DNA from: an uncultured Clostridia bacterium
GTDB taxonomy: Bacteria > Bacillota > Clostridia > Christensenellales > Borkfalkiaceae
Direction of reading: 5' to 3'
DNA: 25,289 nucleotides
Assembly (NCBI GenBank): GCA_944376035.1
Contig: CALWBJ010000108.1
Location: 1-25,289, forward strand
In this document: piece after piece, positions 19,872-25,289 of the stretch
Position numbering within the stretch: the stretch's first letter is position 1
Layout: each line of letters starts with the position of its first letter
Position numbers and translations under genes: made by a program
The notes under the pieces: model-generated
Databases searched by the model: none
The model's input: only the letters and a program-made list of their open reading frames with translations
What the model was told of the DNA's origin: nothing

Positions 19872-20074
19872 AACCGTTATAATCGGATTTTTTACAGTTT
19901 AAAAGTGTTTTATACAGTAAAAAATCAAATACAACACATAAAACACAAAGAAGAAATATTTAAAACAGAGTAAAAATCGTCAACATAAAGAAAAGAAAAA
20001 TAAAAGACAAATCTATAAAAATCTGTAACAAAACAATTTATAAAAATTTATAAAAATCGAGCACGGAGAAGAAA

Positions 20075-20896
20075 ATGGCGCTTCTGACAGCGGAAAACGT
20101 GTGTTTTTCTTACGATAAGAAAGGCGACGTGATAAAAAACGTAACCCTTGAAGTCAACGAGGGCGAATATATAGCGGTAATAGGGCATAACGGCAGCGGA
20201 AAGAGTACGCTCGCCAAACTTTTCAACGCCCTTTTAAAGCCTGACGAAGGGACGGTAACGGTGGACGGGTTCTCGTCGTCGGACAAGAAAAATTTATATG
20301 AAATAAGAAAGAGAGTGGGCGTAGTTTTTCAGAACCCCGATAACCAACTTATAGCCTCGATTGTCGAGGACGACGTGGCGTTCGGTCCCGAAAATCTCGG
20401 CGTAAAGCGTGAAGAAATAAAAGAGAGAATAGATTTCGCGCTGAAAGCGGTGGGAATGGAAAAGTATCTTAAATCCACTCCGTCAAGGCTTTCGGGCGGA
20501 CAGAAACAGAGAATCGCAATAGCGGGAGTTCTGGCGCTAAAACCCAAAATTTTAGTTCTCGACGAATCTACCGCAATGCTCGACCCGCAGGGCAGAAAAG
20601 AAGTGCTGGAAGTTGTGAAAAATCTCAATAAAGAACAGAACGTAACCGTAATAACCATAACTCATTACATGGAAGAAGTGGTCGATGCGGACAGGGTATA
20701 CGTAATTGACGGAGGAAAAATCGAGGCGACGGGAACTCCCGCCGAGATATTTAAAGACAGGGCGCTTCTGGAAAGGACGGGGCTCGAACTTCCGCTTGCC
20801 GCAAAGATAGCGGACAAACTCATTTCGCGCGGCGTGCCGCTTAAAGACGGCATTTTAACGCGCGAACAACTTGCGGAGGCATTATGCGCATTGTAA
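20075..20896 (+). CDS. ecfA1: Energy-coupling factor transporter ATPase A
   Basis: [45 protein letters not shown]. Confidence 0.95.
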   Translation: MALLTAENVCFSYDKKGDVIKNVTLEVNEGEYIAVIGHNGSGKSTLAKLFNALLKPDEGTVTVDGFSSSDKKNLYEIRKRVGVVFQNPDNQLIASIVEDDVAFGPENLGVKREEIKERIDFALKAVGMEKYLKSTPSRLSGGQKQRIAIAGVLALKPKILVLDESTAMLDPQGRKEVLEVVKNLNKEQNVTVITITHYMEEVVDADRVYVIDGGKIEATGTPAEIFKDRALLERTGLELPLAAKIADKLISRGVPLKDGILTREQLAEALCAL

Positions 20897-21774
20897 CGGA
20901 AAATTTAAGTTATGTATACAGCGAAAAATCCAAGGAACTCGCCGTTCAGGCTCTTAATAATATAAGCCTGACCATTGAAGAGGGAGAATTTTTCGGCATA
21001 ATAGGTCAGACGGGCAGCGGCAAATCGACCTTCGTCCAGCACCTTAACGGGCTGATAAAGGTCGGTAAAGACAAGGGGAGCATAGTTATAGGCGATTTTA
21101 ATCTGACCGATAAAAAATGCGATTTCAAGTCTCTCCGCGCAAAAGTGGGAATGGTATTCCAGTATCCCGAATACCAACTTTTTGCCGAGACGGTCAAAGA
21201 CGACGTCGCGTTCGGAATAAAGAATTTTTTCCCCGCGCTGTCGGAAAAAGAGACCGAAGAAATGGTGAAAACTGCAATCACGCTCGTGGGGCTCGATTAC
21301 GAAATAGTAAAAGACAAGTCTCCGTTCGACCTTTCGGGCGGTCAGAAAAGAAGGGTGGCGATAGCGGGCGTTATAGTTACCAGACCCGAGATATTAGTGC
21401 TTGACGAACCGGTAGCGGGGCTTGACCCGCAGGGTAAGCGCGAATTTACCGAACTTCTTAAAAATCTCCATAAGACCACCGTCAAAACAATAGTGATAGT
21501 TTCTCACGACATGAATTTCGTTTCGGAAAACTGTACGCGCGTGGCAGTATTTTCGCACGGAGAACTTTACGCCGAAGGCTCGCCCAAAGAGATTTTTTCG
21601 GATTTTACGAGGCTCAAAGAATTAGGCTTGGATCTTCCCGTAACCGCATATCTTACCGAAAAACTCTCTGAAACGGGAATTAAAGTTGAAAGCGATATCA
21701 CTACCGACGGGTTCTCTGACGCGTTTGCCGCGGCGTATATCGAAAATAAAGAAAAGAGGAGGCGGGAGGAATGA
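20884..21774 (+). CDS. ecfA2: Energy-coupling factor transporter ATPase A'
   Basis: GQTGSGKST, VFQYPEYQLFAETV, SPFDLSGGQKRR, LDEPVAGLDP; GGAGG RBS inside ecfA1. Confidence 0.95.
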   Translation: MRIVTENLSYVYSEKSKELAVQALNNISLTIEEGEFFGIIGQTGSGKSTFVQHLNGLIKVGKDKGSIVIGDFNLTDKKCDFKSLRAKVGMVFQYPEYQLFAETVKDDVAFGIKNFFPALSEKETEEMVKTAITLVGLDYEIVKDKSPFDLSGGQKRRVAIAGVIVTRPEILVLDEPVAGLDPQGKREFTELLKNLHKTTVKTIVIVSHDMNFVSENCTRVAVFSHGELYAEGSPKEIFSDFTRLKELGLDLPVTAYLTEKLSETGIKVESDITTDGFSDAFAAAYIENKEKRRREE

Positions 21775-22595
21775 GAGACATAGCGTTCGGACAGTATTAT
21801 CCCGCGAAATCTTTTGTCCACAATATGGACCCGCGGGTAAAAATTCTTTTATCCATCGCATATATAGTGGCGGTGTTTTTGGTCGCACCCTTTCATTACC
21901 TCGGCTTTGCGGCTTGTCTTTTATTTGTCATTATCGCAACGCTCTTTTCAAAAGTTCCCTTTCTTAGAATACTGAAAAGCATAAAAGCCGTGCTGTTTTT
22001 CGTTATACTGTCGGCCGTGCTGCAGATTTTTTTCAATACGAACGGCAATCTTTTATGGTCGTGGGGGATTATAAAAATTACAGACGAGGGGCTTTTTAAC
22101 GCGGGCTTTATAGTGGCGAGAATAACGCTTATAGTCATGGGCGCGTCTTTACTGACTTTTACGACCACGCCCGTAGAACTTGCCGACGGCATAGAAAGCC
22201 TGATGTATCCGTTAAAATTCATAAAATTCCCCGTGCATGATTTCGCGCTGGTAATGAGTATTGCGCTGAGATTCATACCTACTCTAATCGAGGAGACAGA
22301 CAGAATAATAAAAGCGCAGAAAGCGCGCGGAGCCGATTTTGAGAGCGGAAACATATTCAGAAGGGCAAAAGCGCTTATCCCCGTGCTTATACCGCTTTTA
22401 ATAAGTTCTTTAAGGCGTGCGGACGAACTTGCCGACGCCATGGACGCGAGATGCTATTCGGGAAGCGATAAGCGGACGCGGTATAAGAAAATGAAGATAA
22501 CTTACCGCGACGTTCTGGGCTTTCTGGTGGTAGCGGGTTTAATAACCGGAGTGGTGTTTCTCAATAAATTTTACATTCTTATAACCGTATTATAA
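21771..22595 (+). CDS. ecfT: Energy-coupling factor transmembrane component T
   Basis: GQYYPAKSFVHNMDPRVK, LRFIPTL, AQKARGADFE, AMDARCY (two ARG-type motifs); ATGA overlap with ecfA2. Confidence 0.95.
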   Translation: MRDIAFGQYYPAKSFVHNMDPRVKILLSIAYIVAVFLVAPFHYLGFAACLLFVIIATLFSKVPFLRILKSIKAVLFFVILSAVLQIFFNTNGNLLWSWGIIKITDEGLFNAGFIVARITLIVMGASLLTFTTTPVELADGIESLMYPLKFIKFPVHDFALVMSIALRFIPTLIEETDRIIKAQKARGADFESGNIFRRAKALIPVLIPLLISSLRRADELADAMDARCYSGSDKRTRYKKMKITYRDVLGFLVVAGLITGVVFLNKFYILITVL

Positions 22596-22684
22596 ATTAT
22601 AATGATTATTATTGAATTATAACTTTTTCGGAAAGCGGAAAATTAAAGCGGACGGAAAGTGTAAAAAGCAAGTAAGAAGAAGGT

Positions 22685-22751
22685 AAAAAGAAAAAAACAA
22701 GCAAAGGGCAAAAAGCAAAAAGAAAAAAGAGAAAAAACAAAAAGCAAAAAG
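22685..22751 (+). repeat. T-free A-rich spacer with tandem heptamers (C/A)AAAAAG
   Basis: 67 nt without a T; CAAAAAG at 22709, 22716, 22738 and 22745, and AAAAAAG at 22723. Confidence 0.7.
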
Positions 22752-22770
22752 TAAAAATTAAGGGCGCAAA

Positions 22771-23508
22771 ATGAGAATAAAACTGACGGTAAGTTACGAC
22801 GGTACAGATTATTGCGGCTGGCAGGTTCAGCCGAACGGAATATCCGTTCAGAGCGTACTCGAAGAAGCGATAGAGAAAATAACGGGTGAAAAGGTCAAAG
22901 TTACGGGGAGCGGCAGAACGGACGCGGGCGTGCACGCTTTGGGACAGGTGGCGGATTTTTATACGGAAAAAGATAATATTCCCCCCGAAAATTTTGCCGC
23001 TGCATTAAACACCGTTCTTCCCGATAACGTCAGCGTTATTAAAAGCGAAAGAGCGGCGGACGATTTCAATTCGAGAAAATGCGCCAAAAAAAAGACTTAC
23101 CGCTACTTACTTTACCTGAGTGCGGTAAAACTGCCGTTATATGAAAGGTATGCTGTGCAGATAGATAAAAACGTCAATATAAATAAAATGCGCGAGGTTT
23201 CTAAGGTATTTATCGGAACGCACGATTTTAAATGTTTCAACGCGAGCGGCGGCGGCGCGAAAACTACGGTAAGGACTGTTTATAATATCGAAATAGCCGA
23301 AAAGGACTGTATGCTTTCGGTGTCCGTTACTGGGAGCGGCTTTTTATATAATATGGTTAGAATTATGGTCGGTACTCTCTTAAAAGCGGGACAGGGAAAA
23401 TTAAGCGCAGAAGACGCCGAAAAAATGCTGATATCCGGAAAGCGCAGCGACGGCGGTAACACTCTCCCCGCAAAAGGGCTTTGTTTAATGAGCGTTGAGT
23501 ACGAATAA
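22771..23508 (+). CDS. truA: tRNA pseudouridine(38-40) synthase
   Basis: SYDGTDYCGWQVQ, catalytic GSGRTDAGVHA, GSGFLYNMVRI. Confidence 0.97.
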   Translation: MRIKLTVSYDGTDYCGWQVQPNGISVQSVLEEAIEKITGEKVKVTGSGRTDAGVHALGQVADFYTEKDNIPPENFAAALNTVLPDNVSVIKSERAADDFNSRKCAKKKTYRYLLYLSAVKLPLYERYAVQIDKNVNINKMREVSKVFIGTHDFKCFNASGGGAKTTVRTVYNIEIAEKDCMLSVSVTGSGFLYNMVRIMVGTLLKAGQGKLSAEDAEKMLISGKRSDGGNTLPAKGLCLMSVEYE

Positions 23509-23655
23509 AAATTTTCCCGCAATTTTCTAAAAGTAATACAAAAGCATAAATTGTGCGCGGAGAAAATTTTAATACTACATATAGTTCGTGCCCGATAAAA
23601 GTTGTAAAAATAAGCGAAACAAACGGCAAAAATAAAGAAAAACGGCTAAAAACGC

Positions 23656-23684
23656 TTGACTTTACGGCGATTTTCGTTTAATAT
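23656..23684 (+). promoter_or_regulatory. SigmaA promoter of rplM-rpsI
   Basis: TTGACT-17 nt-TAATAT. Confidence 0.75.
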
Positions 23685-23690
23685 ATTTAG

Positions 23691-23811
23691 GCGTTTAAAA
23701 GGCGGATTCGGTCTGCGCGGGGATTAGCCCTCTCCGAAGCCCTGTCGTGTAGGGCGTTGCGGTCGGTCGCAAAAAGACGTTTTATGTAAAAAATCCAAGG
23801 AGAAATATGCT
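23691..23811 (+). ncRNA. Structured 5' leader of rplM-rpsI (candidate L13 leader-type autoregulatory RNA)
   Basis: About 120-nt UTR with hairpins GGG-ATTAG-CCC, GCCCTG/TAGGGC and TTGCGG/TCGCAA, and stem GGATTCGG/CCGAAGCC. The position matches known Firmicute L13 leaders; not checked against a covariance model. Confidence 0.5.
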
Positions 23812-24243
23812 ATGAAAACTTACATGGCTCACGCGAAAGACGTGGTCAGAAAGTGGTACGTGGTAGATGCGGAAGGCGTTGCGCTCGGTCGTCTCGCTTC
23901 CAAAGTTGCGGCGGTACTCCGCGGCAAGAATAAGCCTACCTTTACCCCCAACGTCGACACGGGTGATTTCGTTATTATAATAAATACCGATAAGGTCGTT
24001 CTTACCGGAAAGAAACTCGAAAAGAAATATTACACCTATCATACCGGACATATCGGCGGACTTAAATCCATACAGTATAAAACTCTTTTAGAGAATAAAT
24101 CCGACGTTGCGGTATACGAAGCGGTAAAAGGAATGCTTCCCAAGAACAGTCTGGGACGCAAGATGCTCACCAAACTTAAAGTTTACAAGGGTGCTGAGCA
24201 CAATCATCAGGCGCAGAAGCCCGAAACGCTTAAATTGTTTTAA
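23812..24243 (+). CDS. rplM: 50S ribosomal protein L13
   Basis: RKWYVVDA...LGRLAS...[23 protein letters not shown]; AAGGAG RBS. Confidence 0.99.
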   Translation: MKTYMAHAKDVVRKWYVVDAEGVALGRLASKVAAVLRGKNKPTFTPNVDTGDFVIIINTDKVVLTGKKLEKKYYTYHTGHIGGLKSIQYKTLLENKSDVAVYEAVKGMLPKNSLGRKMLTKLKVYKGAEHNHQAQKPETLKLF

Positions 24244-24254
24244 GAGGTGCGATC

Positions 24255-24668
24255 ATGGCTAAAACCACTATGAAAAAGAAAGTTCAATATTGGGGAACGG
24301 GCAGAAGGAAGAAGGCTATTGCCCGCGTCCGTCTGATACCTGCCGGCGACGGCACCATAACCATCAACAAAAAGAGCCTTGACGAATATTTCGGACTCGA
24401 TACGCTTAAATTCATCGTTCGTCAGCCGCTTGAACTCACCGAGACTGCGGCTAAATACGACGTTATAGTAAACGTTTGCGGCGGCGGATTCACCGGTCAG
24501 GCAGGCGCTATAAGACACGGTATTTCCCGTGCGCTTTTAGAGGCTGAACCCGAAACCAGGGCGGCTCTTAAAAAGGAAGGATTCCTGACCCGCGATTCCA
24601 GAATGAAGGAAAGAAAGAAGTACGGCTTGAAAAAAGCGCGTCGTGCTCCGCAGTTCTCAAAGAGATAA
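24255..24668 (+). CDS. rpsI: 30S ribosomal protein S9
   Basis: [34 protein letters not shown]-terminal RRAPQFSKR. Confidence 0.99.
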   Translation: MAKTTMKKKVQYWGTGRRKKAIARVRLIPAGDGTITINKKSLDEYFGLDTLKFIVRQPLELTETAAKYDVIVNVCGGGFTGQAGAIRHGISRALLEAEPETRAALKKEGFLTRDSRMKERKKYGLKKARRAPQFSKR

Positions 24669-24826
24669 TTGTTTGTTTTTTCCGTTTACCGGACACGTTT
24701 TGCTTTTGGATAAGCGCTTCGGGGCTGTTCTTTAAAAGCGTTACGGGATTGAATTTAAAAATAAGATTTTTATTTCGGCCAGGTTTTGCGGATAAAACAT
24801 TGCGGATTATAAAATTCGGTAATAAT

Positions 24827-24854
24827 AAAAAAGCAAGGGCAACCTTGCTTTTTT
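24827..24854. terminator. Intrinsic terminator, probably of rplM-rpsI
   Basis: AAAAAAGCAAGG-GCAA-CCTTGCTTTTTT: perfect stem, GNRA loop, T-tracts on both strands. Confidence 0.85.
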
Positions 24855-24906
24855 GTGTTAAGGCAAAAGTGGAAGGGAAATATTACGAGTACGGAAAGGG
24901 AATATT

Positions 24907-25289
24907 ATGGGTAAAGAAAAAAACAGAGAAAATACGGAAAGTACAAAACAGAATAAGAATAATAAAGCCGAAGAGCAGACAAGTTCTGAAATTATATCGG
25001 AAAACAACGAAGACTTTGAAGAAATAATCCGCGGCGATAACTATATCATTGCTTTTGAAAAGGACGGAATACGACTGGAAATAAAGGATAAAGAGGAAGA
25101 CGAAGTTTTCGGCGAACTTTCCAAAAACACTAGGATTATACCTTATGACGTTATAACCGTTACGGTGTTTTTTATGTGGGGTAACTTATCTTCGGAACCC
25201 GTAAAAAGTCTTGTTATGAGAGTAAATCAGACGGATGACGGTTTTGACGAGGAAGGAAGTCTTCCGTACTCGGAAAAACTTTTATCTAC
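24907..25289 (+). CDS. 3'-partial hypothetical protein (127 codons visible; absent from the ORF track because it has no stop in the window)
   Basis: GGAAAGGG RBS, then ATG 24907: MGKEKNRENTESTKQNKNNKAEEQTSSEIISENNEDFEEIIRGDNYIIAFEKDGIRLEIKDK...; open to the window edge. Confidence 0.65.
   Translation, partial: MGKEKNRENTESTKQNKNNKAEEQTSSEIISENNEDFEEIIRGDNYIIAFEKDGIRLEIKDKEEDEVFGELSKNTRIIPYDVITVTVFFMWGNLSSEPVKSLVMRVNQTDDGFDEEGSLPYSEKLLS

Noticed and set aside
20884-20896. Possible frameshift fusion of ecfA1 and ecfA2
   Set aside because: The 13-nt overlap with an internal GGAGG RBS is ordinary translational coupling, and both ATPases are complete.
22609-22935. Phe-rich minus-strand ORF resembling a membrane peptide
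   Set aside because: It is an artefact of the A-rich spacer read antisense, and it overlaps truA.
23508-23570. Long-range stem AAAATTTTCCCGC / GCGGAGAAAATTTT after truA as an ncRNA or terminator
   Set aside because: The loop is about 36 nt, the arms are mostly A/T, and there is no U-tract; too weak to call.
24749-25027. 92-aa Lys-rich ORF from the track
   Set aside because: It runs through a clear terminator and overlaps the better-supported frame starting at 24907.

Overview
Chromosomal window from a low-GC Gram-positive anaerobe, most likely Clostridia (inferred from gene content, lipoprotein signals and sigmaA-type promoters). From left to right: (1) the 3' part of a very large multi-domain, C-terminally membrane-anchored GH42-like glycoside hydrolase, followed by a carbohydrate ABC importer (lipoprotein binding protein plus two permeases); (2) a monocistronic LOG/TIGR00725-type SLOG gene; (3) a fused MacB-like ABC ATPase-permease; (4) an ECF sigma / membrane anti-sigma / YfbK-type VWA lipoprotein module; (5) an AT-rich block with a YpsA/DUF1273-type SLOG gene divergent from three tandem XRE helix-turn-helix genes, two of them paralogues; (6) pyruvate:ferredoxin/flavodoxin oxidoreductase on the minus strand; (7) the conserved ecfA1-ecfA2-ecfT-truA-rplM-rpsI cluster and a final partial unknown ORF. 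The best-supported non-obvious observation is a shared motif, CGGGACAAAA-N10-AAACGTT, that looks like an ECF promoter. One copy lies in the last codons of the sigma gene and could give a leaderless anti-sigma mRNA; the other lies upstream of the VWA lipoprotein. I saw no rRNA, tRNA, CRISPR array, integrase or transposase. All family assignments come from motif recognition by eye, with no database searches.
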